Origin: a virus
Taxonomy: Duplodnaviria > Caudoviricetes
Strand: one strand, 5' to 3'
DNA length: 64,000 nt
IMG/VR virus record: IMGVR_UViG_2595698524_000001
Location: 96,001-160,000 of that record
Each line of letters begins with the position of its first letter. The first letter of the stretch is position 1. The translations under genes and the position numbers were made by a program. Under the pieces are notes generated by a model. It saw only the letters and a program-made list of their open reading frames with translations. It was not told the origin of the DNA and did no database searches. Shown here piece by piece: positions 1 to 8,268 of this stretch.

Positions 1-7
1 TTACGTC

Positions 8-712
8 ATGGCCGGCATTTACAGTGTCAACGATTCCCCTAGTCCAGAGTTCATGGAAGTGGGGATGCGACAACTCAACCTTCAGGTTGCGACGTTGCCG
101 GTAGAATCCGATGAGCACGTCTTCGAACAGATGGGCTTTAAAGTAATCCACCGGTTGTACGCCTCGACCCCGGAAGTGCCACTCCAGACTCCTGAGTTTA
201 TCACGAGTATGGATATGGTGCCGATGATTGATTGGCCAAAGTACGAAATGTTGATGGCAATGGATTTGGAACTGGCGCAGCCGACAGAAAGTGGCCGCGG
301 TTACGAAAAACCAATGCGTGAGCTTTTCGAGCAGATAAAAGCCAATCCCGAACTGGCGATCGTTAAACTGAAAGACGGGCGACTGCACGGGGTCATGATG
401 TTGATGAAATCCCTGATGCGCCCCGACGATTGTACTCCGTTGTTGCAGACCGAATTGTACGTCCCTAAGGCGTTACTCTCACTGCCAACGGATGACGGAA
501 TCAGCAACCCTAATGAGATGCTGCACTACGCAACTCGTCTTTTAGAGTCGCAAAATAAACGAATGGTCATCCAATCTGAAGACCCTGCGGGCGAATTATA
601 TTTGCGCGATACGCTGAAATACCAATATATTTACAGCACGTGCCAGTATTACGTTCCCGACGAGTCTGAAGTGACCGAACCTGCCACACATGCTATGGAC
701 GACCCATCCTAA
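8..712 (+). CDS. hypothetical protein (possibly 5'-truncated by the window edge; weak GNAT-like beta pattern)
   Basis: 234-aa ORF in the + strand gene run. LHGVMMLMKS...LLQTELYV is only weakly acetyltransferase-like. Confidence 0.55.
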   Translation: MAGIYSVNDSPSPEFMEVGMRQLNLQVATLPVESDEHVFEQMGFKVIHRLYASTPEVPLQTPEFITSMDMVPMIDWPKYEMLMAMDLELAQPTESGRGYEKPMRELFEQIKANPELAIVKLKDGRLHGVMMLMKSLMRPDDCTPLLQTELYVPKALLSLPTDDGISNPNEMLHYATRLLESQNKRMVIQSEDPAGELYLRDTLKYQYIYSTCQYYVPDESEVTEPATHAMDDPS

Positions 713-791
713 GGCAATACCGCTTAATAAGCGGACGTGTGGGAATTTTATTCTCAACCAAGCTTGCGCAATAATCCATTATGGAGTAACC

Positions 792-1058
792 ATGAGTCAG
801 AATATTAACCGCAAAGTCAGTGCCAAGAAAGACGTGTACTATGCCGTAGGTGAAGTCGTTCGCGCGGTAATCGATAAGGAGCAAGTCCTTCACCTCGCAG
901 TGCCTAGCGAAGTCACACGTGCAGATCGCCGCATGTTGGACAAGCTGGTCATCAAAGCAAAAGCGCGCGACGGTGTTCGTAGCGTCAAGGAAGTCCCGGG
1001 TACTGTGATGGAACTGGTAGACGGTGAGATCCATGTAAGACGTGGCGCGGCGGCCTAA
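792..1058 (+). CDS. hypothetical protein
   Basis: GGAG RBS at 783-786 before ATG 792 (MSQNINRK...), so shorter than the track ORF. Confidence 0.7.
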   Translation: MSQNINRKVSAKKDVYYAVGEVVRAVIDKEQVLHLAVPSEVTRADRRMLDKLVIKAKARDGVRSVKEVPGTVMELVDGEIHVRRGAAA

Positions 1059-1266
1059 GGCTGTCTACGAGCACCTGAGCGACGACTATACGTCACTCAA
1101 GGGGGTTCGTATGGCTGTATCTATCCTGACGGGTGCATTAATCTCCGCGTTCGTATGGGAATGCTTATCTTGGTTTTTCAAACTGGGTGGTGTTCCCGTA
1201 CTTCAGCGTGTGGGTATGATGGGCATGTGGTTTGGCTTCTACTATGCCCTCTTTCACATTGATTAA
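1042..1266 (+). CDS. small membrane protein
   Basis: Two hydrophobic segments (MAVSILTGALISAFVW; VGMMGMWFGFYYALF). Start uncertain. Confidence 0.6.
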   Translation: MARRPKAVYEHLSDDYTSLKGVRMAVSILTGALISAFVWECLSWFFKLGGVPVLQRVGMMGMWFGFYYALFHID

Positions 1267-1305
1267 AAATAACAAGCTTCACGATTTCTCTGGGAGTGGA
1301 GAATC

Positions 1306-1494
1306 ATGTCGTATAACGTAGCAATCGTTCCACAACGTAAATTTGGAGCGGCGCGTCGTATTAGCGCAATTCAACTTTACGCACAGCGCAATAATCTCGA
1401 CTACAACGTAGCAGCAAGTCAGCTGGCGCAAACGCCTCTCAACGATATCCTTCGTGAGCTCGGTCTTTTACCGAAACAAGAAGCTGCAGTGTAG
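1306..1494 (+). CDS. hypothetical protein
   Basis: GGAG RBS upstream, 62 aa, followed by a terminator. Confidence 0.7.
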   Translation: MSYNVAIVPQRKFGAARRISAIQLYAQRNNLDYNVAASQLAQTPLNDILRELGLLPKQEAAV

Positions 1495-1501
1495 CACTCA
1501 G

Positions 1502-1540
1502 GCGTCCTCTTCGGGGGACGTCATTTTCTATTTTTTTATT
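1502..1540 (+). terminator. intrinsic terminator (UUCG loop)
   Basis: GCGTCCTC-TTCG-GGGGACGT followed by a T-rich tract. Confidence 0.75.
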
Positions 1541-1550
1541 TGGAGTAATC

Positions 1551-1970
1551 ATGAAAACTTCTCGAATGTTAGAAGATGTGTTAATGGGACATGGGGCACA
1601 GGGCCATATCGTTGATGACTTCATTGCAGCATCTCGCGTAATTTATCGTATTCGACCGAGCAAGCTGAAACCCGGCCAGCGGGACATGGTCTTCGGTCAC
1701 GGTGCTTTGAAGATATCTTACATTCGTCTCAATCTGGGCAAGATGTTAGACGGTTACAATATCGTGGTGTATAACCCAGAAGACCCGCCGATTGATATCA
1801 TTAGTCGCACCTTACACCTGCAGGACTTACAGGACTTAAAGGTCAGCCCAATAAAGTACGACAAGAAACGACGCAAGCATTTTATTTCTATTGCGGCTAT
1901 ACGTGGTTCAAACGTTTACGTCGGTGGTGGTAGGGTATACTTACATCTCGTAGACCCCAATGCCAAATAA
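1551..1970 (+). CDS. hypothetical protein
   Basis: GGAG RBS, 139 aa. Confidence 0.7.
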   Translation: MKTSRMLEDVLMGHGAQGHIVDDFIAASRVIYRIRPSKLKPGQRDMVFGHGALKISYIRLNLGKMLDGYNIVVYNPEDPPIDIISRTLHLQDLQDLKVSPIKYDKKRRKHFISIAAIRGSNVYVGGGRVYLHLVDPNAK

Positions 1971-2031
1971 AAAATACATTAGTGCGCAAACTTATGCGCA
2001 CTAAACACTTTATTTTTTTGTGGAGTATCCA

Positions 2032-2466
2032 ATGGATAATAAAGGTTATGTTGAATGTTCGAAGGTGGTGCATGAATACGCTGCCCGCTCAGAACAAAAA
2101 TTGTTAGCGCTAGGTGTTATACGTGGCGTTGCTTCATTAACCGATGAAGATCTAATCGCCACAGGTTACCGCGAACGTTTTGATATTATTCTCATGACGT
2201 TGGGCGCAGCGGGTTTGGAATTGAACCTCACCCCTGATGAGATAACACTGGGTCTCGAAGCACCTCTCGCTAAAGGTGAGACGGTTGTTGGGGTTGCATG
2301 GGAAATGGCCACGGCGTTGACTACCGCCGTTAATGACCCGACCAATGCACTTGAGGCGTATATAGCCGCATGGGGCTGCATCAAGACTTTGATGTCGTTA
2401 TGCATGCTTGACTTTGAAGAGTACATGCAGACTTTCTCGTTTTTAAGAGGTTTGAAATCCGAATGA
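2032..2466 (+). CDS. all-helical hypothetical protein, paralog of 2463-2885
   Basis: GGAG RBS before ATG 2032. Shares LGxxxxLxxDxIxLxL and KTLxxxxxxDF patterns with the next gene. Confidence 0.7.
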   Translation: MDNKGYVECSKVVHEYAARSEQKLLALGVIRGVASLTDEDLIATGYRERFDIILMTLGAAGLELNLTPDEITLGLEAPLAKGETVVGVAWEMATALTTAVNDPTNALEAYIAAWGCIKTLMSLCMLDFEEYMQTFSFLRGLKSE

Positions 2467-2885
2467 ATATTGAACACTTTGTCGTCCGTGCTCGTCAGTT
2501 TGATAATAACGAGCCTAATAAAACCCCTGCCAATAAACTAGCATTGGACTTCGCCGCCCACGTCAACTTCATGACGACAACAGACTACGCTCGCACCCGC
2601 GCAGTTGAACATGCTGAGGCCGCATTACGCATTGTGACTCTGTTGGGTATTCGTCTTGGCTTAGAGGATGATGATATCGAACTGGCTTTACATACGCCGG
2701 GCACCACTCTCTACAGCCACATGTTTGAGGCAGGTTTTGCCAGTGTTTCTGCGGCAATCGAATCTATTTCAGATGAGCGAATGAAACTTCGCAGCTGGCT
2801 TTTTGCCGTGTGCTCTTTCAAAACGTTATTGACTATCCTCAATATCGACTTCGACAAAACGTTAACCGATTTCATTCTGGTGTAA
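2463..2885 (+). CDS. all-helical hypothetical protein, paralog of 2032-2466
   Basis: ATGA overlap with the upstream gene, plus the shared motifs. Confidence 0.7.
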   Translation: MNIEHFVVRARQFDNNEPNKTPANKLALDFAAHVNFMTTTDYARTRAVEHAEAALRIVTLLGIRLGLEDDDIELALHTPGTTLYSHMFEAGFASVSAAIESISDERMKLRSWLFAVCSFKTLLTILNIDFDKTLTDFILV

Positions 2886-2894
2886 GGAACGACT

Positions 2895-3908
2895 ATGAAA
2901 CAGTATCAAGATTTAATGGCTGAAGTCTTTGCGAAAGGTACGCCGAAGAAAGACCGTACCGGTACAGGCACGCTTTCTATCTTCGGCCACCAGATGCGTT
3001 TCAACTTGCAAGAAGGTTTCCCGCTGGTAACGACCAAGCGTTGCCACCTGCGCTCTATTATCCATGAACTGCTGTGGTTCCTGAAAGGCGACACCAATAT
3101 CCAGTACCTGAAAGATAATGGTGTAACCATTTGGGACGAATGGGCGGACAAAAATGGCGACCTCGGTCCGGTATACGGTAAGCAGTGGCGGGCATGGACT
3201 GCGCATGATGAGGTCCATACTGGCAATAAGAAAATTATTGCTGAGATGGAAGAAGATGGGTGGGAAGAAGCGGGTTATCGCGAAGCTTCGATGCTGCTGA
3301 CTAAAGATATCGACCAGATTGCCAAAGTCATGGGCCAGTTGAAAAACGACCCGGATAATCGGCGTATCATCGTTAGTGCATGGAACGTAGCTGACCTTGA
3401 CGATATGGCCTTAGCTCCTTGCCACGCCTTCTTCCAGTTTTATACTCGTGAAATGTCCTTGGATGAGCGTGTACAGTGGGCGGAAGAAAACGACAACGAG
3501 CTGTGGTCTGATTACATCCACGCCACGTTTGTGGATGAAAACACCCGTCTCGGGTGGCTGGATAAAGCCGGGGTTCCTACGCGTAAGTTGTCTTGTCAGC
3601 TCTATCAGCGTAGTGCCGACGTGTTCTTGGGTGTGCCGTTTAACATCGCGTCGTATGCTCTACTGATTCACATGTTTGCACAGCAGGCGAATATGGCGGT
3701 GGGCGATTTCGTCTGGACCGGCGGTGATGTGCATCTGTATTCTAACCATCTGGAACAGGCACGTACTCAGTTAGGTCGTACTCCGCGTGCGTTGCCTAAG
3801 CTGATTATCAAACGTAAGCCGGACTCTATCTTCGACTATAAGTTCGAAGATTTTGATATCGAAGGCTACGACCCACACCCGGCTATTAAAGCACCGGTGG
3901 CGATATGA
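2895..3908 (+). CDS. thyA: thymidylate synthase (ThyA type) with two insertions
   Basis: [30 protein letters not shown], catalytic [30 protein letters not shown] and C-terminal IKAPVAI. Confidence 0.98.
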   Translation: MKQYQDLMAEVFAKGTPKKDRTGTGTLSIFGHQMRFNLQEGFPLVTTKRCHLRSIIHELLWFLKGDTNIQYLKDNGVTIWDEWADKNGDLGPVYGKQWRAWTAHDEVHTGNKKIIAEMEEDGWEEAGYREASMLLTKDIDQIAKVMGQLKNDPDNRRIIVSAWNVADLDDMALAPCHAFFQFYTREMSLDERVQWAEENDNELWSDYIHATFVDENTRLGWLDKAGVPTRKLSCQLYQRSADVFLGVPFNIASYALLIHMFAQQANMAVGDFVWTGGDVHLYSNHLEQARTQLGRTPRALPKLIIKRKPDSIFDYKFEDFDIEGYDPHPAIKAPVAI

Positions 3909-4171
3909 GTAATAAATCTCGCTATCAAGAGCCTAGGCTCGGTATCACCATTCGACTAGCTAAAAAGGACGTTATGGCTAAAGGTGACCATTTCTCTCAG
4001 GAGCAGTGGGAGGCGCTTAAAAAGCTACGGCCAGATATCACCGCGTCGTCACTCGTGCAGTTGGCCTTAGCTGAGTACGCTAAGATTCTTCCCGATATCC
4101 TTATTCAGGAGCAGGAGAAGGAGCTGGAAAGACTGCGTGAACTCAAAAACTATCTCTACACGACGGATTGA
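3905..4171 (+). CDS. hypothetical protein, possible ribbon-helix-helix-like DNA binder
   Basis: ATGA overlap with thyA. ITIRL strand followed by [11 protein letters not shown] helix; weak signal. Confidence 0.6.
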   Translation: MSNKSRYQEPRLGITIRLAKKDVMAKGDHFSQEQWEALKKLRPDITASSLVQLALAEYAKILPDILIQEQEKELERLRELKNYLYTTD

Positions 4172-4353
4172 TTATGGCCAGTGATAGACCGGCGCAGGAA
4201 ATCGTAAGCGATATTCTTGCCGACTATAATGAGCGCGGATTACAGCAAATCACTTTACACAGCACGGGCGAGTTTATTCACGTCTCTGCTGTGGATGTGA
4301 AACGTAAACGCGTAGTTAATACTTACGCCCGTACGGAGCCTAAACGCCGATGA
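4168..4353 (+). CDS. hypothetical protein
   Basis: Fills the gap and overlaps both neighbours. Start is TTG 4168 or ATG 4174. Confidence 0.6.
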   Translation: MIMASDRPAQEIVSDILADYNERGLQQITLHSTGEFIHVSAVDVKRKRVVNTYARTEPKRR

Positions 4354-5081
4354 GCAGAATCCCGCAGTATGACGATAAGAACCGACTTTATTACCCAATC
4401 ACTCTTATCGACACAGAAGGCCGTTTTACGATTAACGGTATTAGTTATGCGGTGGACGTAGACAACATTGAAAACTTCAGTGTGTTTAAACGTCCCAATG
4501 TTTATGTTGAGTTAGAACATCCGGCGCGTTTACCGACGATGTCTGACGAAGACTATCGTCGTCGAAATGCCAGCATCGAAACTCAAAACGTGGTGGGCAC
4601 GGTCGACGTAACTATCCTGCGTCCGAGTCGCAGTCGTGTTGTTGTAACAGGTAACTTCTACCCGGGCAACCTCAAACCTGAAATCCGCGAAGCCTTTGAA
4701 CGCGGGGACCTTTCGTTAGGTGTTCGTGCCCGTGTCACGACAGACCGGTTGGTGGACATCATCACGTGGGATTTGGTGTTCCTGCCTGAACGTGAACTGC
4801 GCCATGTGGAATGCGAGCGACCGCCGTTAAATACGACGCTGTTCGTTTCTTCCAATCGGGGCTATACGTGGTTCCCGGCAATGTTTCTCTGGATAGGCGA
4901 GAAAACGTTTGTCTGGCGCAACATGGTAGGTGGTGCGCAGGCTGATAACGAAATCACCAACAACAACCGCTTCACGTACTTCATGTGGTCACCTGTACCT
5001 GAGGGTGTTGAATTAAAAACGTATAGCGGCAATGATGTGCCCGATTTCCTACGCAAAAGGAGTGATGCGAATGCTAATTAA
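4350..5081 (+). CDS. hypothetical protein with a degenerate prohead-protease-like N-terminal domain
   Basis: ELEHP...SIETQNV...GNFYP...SLGVRA...IITWDLV pattern (see findings). Confidence 0.5.
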   Translation: MSRIPQYDDKNRLYYPITLIDTEGRFTINGISYAVDVDNIENFSVFKRPNVYVELEHPARLPTMSDEDYRRRNASIETQNVVGTVDVTILRPSRSRVVVTGNFYPGNLKPEIREAFERGDLSLGVRARVTTDRLVDIITWDLVFLPERELRHVECERPPLNTTLFVSSNRGYTWFPAMFLWIGEKTFVWRNMVGGAQADNEITNNNRFTYFMWSPVPEGVELKTYSGNDVPDFLRKRSDANAN

Positions 5082-5559
5082 AGAATTGGATGACCGCATT
5101 AACTTTATCGATAAGAACGATAACTTTGTGGGCATCGAGCATGCTAAGCAGCATCACGGCCTGTGCGCGTTTGATTGGTGGATTACTGACGATGAACGTG
5201 AAATCGGTACGTTGAAGCCACGTCAAGACCGCTTCATGCTTCGCGACGGTAGCATGGTAGATGTGAATGAACTGGTGTTTGATACTCGCTCAGACATCTT
5301 TCAAGGTAAACTGGTGTTGAAAGGCGTCAGTAATAAGCACCCAATGATGGGTGACCGTGAAGAGCTTGAAACTAAGCACTATATCGTCGCCGTCAAAGTT
5401 CGTGACCAGTACGATATTGAGCATTGGCTGGTTATGACCAATAACCATAACGGCTGGTACAGCCTAGGCTGGAAATCAAATCTGATTCCCGGCGAGGTTG
5501 ATATTAACGACAGCAACTTCTATCAGGAAGATTGCGACGGTAATACTCTGGGGATTTAA
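5071..5559 (+). CDS. hypothetical phage protein
   Basis: AGGAG RBS before ATG 5071. C-terminal NNHNGWYS motif. Confidence 0.7.
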   Translation: MLIKELDDRINFIDKNDNFVGIEHAKQHHGLCAFDWWITDDEREIGTLKPRQDRFMLRDGSMVDVNELVFDTRSDIFQGKLVLKGVSNKHPMMGDREELETKHYIVAVKVRDQYDIEHWLVMTNNHNGWYSLGWKSNLIPGEVDINDSNFYQEDCDGNTLGI

Positions 5560-6090
5560 ATGTCAGATAAAATCGTACCCTTCACACCGCGCCCGTCTAA
5601 CGGACCTTCACTGGATGTGAACCCAGTTGATGTGTCCGAGGTTGCTCAGTTCAGAGATTATGACACTGGCCGTATTGAAGTACCGCAGGCTGATGGCTCA
5701 ACCCGTTCGGTTATCTTCAACATGGATTTAGTTGACTGGTGGCTGGCATTGTCTGAGCGGTTTGTTAAAACGATGCCAGAAGGTCCGTATGGCCGCGCTT
5801 TCATCGGACTGAACAAACTCGAACACGCGGTTACGGATGTTTTCACGAACCGCAAGCGTCATCTTGAAATGGAGATTACGCGCCAGCAGTTCGAACAGTT
5901 TGTTCAGGCGGTTCCATGTCAACTGATGGAGACCACCCATCGTACCTGTCAGTTGAGCGTAGCGGAGTTCGTTATTGAACACGTTGAAGATAACATCTTC
6001 GCTAAGCAAATTCCGGCTGACCTTGAGTCAGCTATTTTCCTCTATCAAGTGGACGGCGAACGCTTCCGTCTCCACTACGTCGAACAGTAA
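5560..6090 (+). CDS. hypothetical protein
   Basis: Abuts the upstream stop codon, 176 aa. Confidence 0.7.
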   Translation: MSDKIVPFTPRPSNGPSLDVNPVDVSEVAQFRDYDTGRIEVPQADGSTRSVIFNMDLVDWWLALSERFVKTMPEGPYGRAFIGLNKLEHAVTDVFTNRKRHLEMEITRQQFEQFVQAVPCQLMETTHRTCQLSVAEFVIEHVEDNIFAKQIPADLESAIFLYQVDGERFRLHYVEQ

Positions 6091-6099
6091 GGGTAAGTA

Positions 6100-6336
6100 A
6101 TGAAAGAACGTAACGGTGTTGTAGATAACTCGCACATCTCCCTCGGTCGCGCTACCTCTTTAACAGGTGACCCGGTCGATGTCGCTCGCGGTCAGACCAC
6201 ACAGTTCCAGCATGCGGATGACTCGGCCTTCGATTTGGACGCTATCCCCGGCCTGGACCCTGAGGCAGGCGTCGAGGGCGGTGTCGACCCGTCCAAGGAA
6301 GACGATAACTGTACGGGAGGCGCATGCAAGATTTAA
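6100..6336 (+). CDS. small acidic protein ending in an NrdA-tail-like CTGGACKI motif
   Basis: 78 aa, D/E/G-rich. C-terminus EDDNCTGGACKI compares with E. coli NrdA DDGCESGACKI. Confidence 0.7.
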   Translation: MKERNGVVDNSHISLGRATSLTGDPVDVARGQTTQFQHADDSAFDLDAIPGLDPEAGVEGGVDPSKEDDNCTGGACKI

Positions 6337-6809
6337 AGCCCGACAACACGGTCGCGCAACAAACCGCCGAGTTAATGGAAGAACACGCCCGAATTAACGA
6401 ACGTTACTCTCCTGACGACGGGGTGAGTTGGTTCGGAACACGTCGCCAGTTGGTAACCAAATACTACGCGGAATCGTTGCCATCGATTTGCTGGCAAGAA
6501 GTCAGTGAAAAGATTCGTACCCAGCGCGTGATTGTTTGCGCTGCGCTCCGTTACCCGGATTTGGATTTGGTGATTCCGGGTGCCCGTCACTATAGCCCAG
6601 ACATTGGTCGTTTACTCGACCGTCTGGAGAAGTTCGGTGTAATGCCCAAAAAGAAACAGCAAGTCGTTGGCGACAACCAAGGCTTCATTGACAACTTCGG
6701 TAATTACTGGACGCGTGAAGAAGCCCTGATAATTGCTAAAGCCGCCAGTCAGGTTAACCCTGATAAGTGCGGGCGTGAAAACGAGCTGTATTCTGAAGAC
6801 CTGTATTAA
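6324..6809 (+). CDS. conserved phage hypothetical protein
   Basis: IVCAAL...GARHYS...QGFIDNFGNYWTREEA...LYSEDLY pattern. GGAGG RBS upstream. Confidence 0.75.
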   Translation: MQDLKPDNTVAQQTAELMEEHARINERYSPDDGVSWFGTRRQLVTKYYAESLPSICWQEVSEKIRTQRVIVCAALRYPDLDLVIPGARHYSPDIGRLLDRLEKFGVMPKKKQQVVGDNQGFIDNFGNYWTREEALIIAKAASQVNPDKCGRENELYSEDLY

Positions 6810-6858
6810 TCCCCGAGCCCTAGCATCTCGTTAGGGCTACTCAAAAGAGAAAACTAAT

Positions 6859-7314
6859 ATGTCTACGACTCCAGATTTTGATTTGGTAGTGCAAGAGCTT
6901 AGTAAGAACATGTATCCCCTTGACGGTGTCGTTGCTAAAGCAACGCCGTTTCCGCGCGATTATCTACTCTCGGAGTTTAGAACCATTAAACTAGGGGCGG
7001 GGCGTGAGCAGGGTATTGGGGCATGGGCGGTTAAGAAGTTTATTGACCATCCGGGTAAAACTTTAATGTTGTGCGCTAATCAGGGTGTTTCTACCGACTT
7101 CATCGAAGAAATAAAATTCGCTGATGGCGAAGACGCCCTTAAACGTGGGATGGTATTACACAACGATTACCCCGACCATGTGCGATTCCACAAATTCGAT
7201 CAAGTTATCATTATCTCTGCCGGTTATTATTTTAATCGCTATAAGCACAGCAAAATCTATAAACTTCTTGCTGAATGCGTAACCGATGATGTAATTATTT
7301 ACCACCTTAATTAA
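6859..7314 (+). CDS. hypothetical alpha/beta protein (degenerate P-loop-like)
   Basis: RTIKLGAGREQGIG followed by a KTLMLC strand and FDQVIII. No intact Walker A. Confidence 0.65.
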   Translation: MSTTPDFDLVVQELSKNMYPLDGVVAKATPFPRDYLLSEFRTIKLGAGREQGIGAWAVKKFIDHPGKTLMLCANQGVSTDFIEEIKFADGEDALKRGMVLHNDYPDHVRFHKFDQVIIISAGYYFNRYKHSKIYKLLAECVTDDVIIYHLN

Positions 7315-7327
7315 TGGAAATAACGAA

Positions 7328-8209
7328 ATGACCCGTCAAACTTTTCAAGTACCTGTAGCGTATACCATCATCAAACCGACTGATGGTGTGTTGGGTGACC
7401 TTATCCCCTCCATCAACAAATGGTCTGCGCAACAGGCTGCGCATCTTTCCGGCCCGGGCGTTAAGCTGGAAGCCCTGAAAGAGATCGCCATCAACAACGA
7501 AACCAAGCAGTGGCGTATCTCCGGCCGCGAAGCCATTAATGGCGACGTGTGGTTCTGGATGACTCCAACTGCACTGGTGTTTGAACATGAAGTGGTCGGT
7601 AAGACTACTTACCCGCGCGATGTTCCGCTGTTCAGCGTCGCTGAGTGTGTGGAAAATGTTGTAGGTTGGTCTACCGCTCGCGGTATTCTGGAAAACGGTC
7701 GTTGGGCTACGCAGGTCACTAAGTTCTACGAAGAAGACGGCGAAGCGGCAACGGGTATCAGCAAAACCCAACGTCAGGCTATCATGGACGGTTTAGGCGA
7801 TGCGCTGGTTGTACTGGTTAACATTACAGCGCTCATTGACTGGACGCCGAAGGTTATCGCAGTTATGCTGGATCGTGCCCGCGACCGTATTGAAAACAAT
7901 GTGCCTTTCGGTGACTCTCACCGCCTGTTCCACAAAATGCGTTTGAACTTCACGTTGATGAATGACGTTATCTATAACGCGTGCGATATGTATCCACTGA
8001 AAGATAACGGCAGACCTTTACTCGGTAACGATGAAGGTATCGAATTCGAAGAACTGATGTTGAAATCTCTCTGGTACATGGAAGCATTGGCCCGTGCGTA
8101 TGAAGTGACGCTGGAACAATGTTTCTCGCTGGCGTGGGACGAAATCAAAGACCGTAAAGGTTATTTGAACGCAGACGGTATCTTCATCAAAGAAGCTGAC
8201 GCGAAATAA
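7328..8209 (+). CDS. MazG-like nucleoside triphosphate pyrophosphohydrolase
   Basis: QVTKFYEEDGE, IMDGLGDALVVL and LEQCFSLAWDEIKDRKG...GIFIKE, typical of phage MazG-like proteins. Confidence 0.8.
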   Translation: MTRQTFQVPVAYTIIKPTDGVLGDLIPSINKWSAQQAAHLSGPGVKLEALKEIAINNETKQWRISGREAINGDVWFWMTPTALVFEHEVVGKTTYPRDVPLFSVAECVENVVGWSTARGILENGRWATQVTKFYEEDGEAATGISKTQRQAIMDGLGDALVVLVNITALIDWTPKVIAVMLDRARDRIENNVPFGDSHRLFHKMRLNFTLMNDVIYNACDMYPLKDNGRPLLGNDEGIEFEELMLKSLWYMEALARAYEVTLEQCFSLAWDEIKDRKGYLNADGIFIKEADAK

Positions 8210-8268
8210 CAAAAACAACTGGGTGATGCTTTATGCGTCACCCCTTTTATTTTTTTGAGGATTCAACG

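Noticed and set aside
2895-3908. ThyA homologue as a dCMP hydroxymethylase, or the insertions as an intein or intron
   Set aside because: The PFN Asn is retained and similarity to canonical ThyA is high. The inserts are short, in frame and lack intein C...HN ends.
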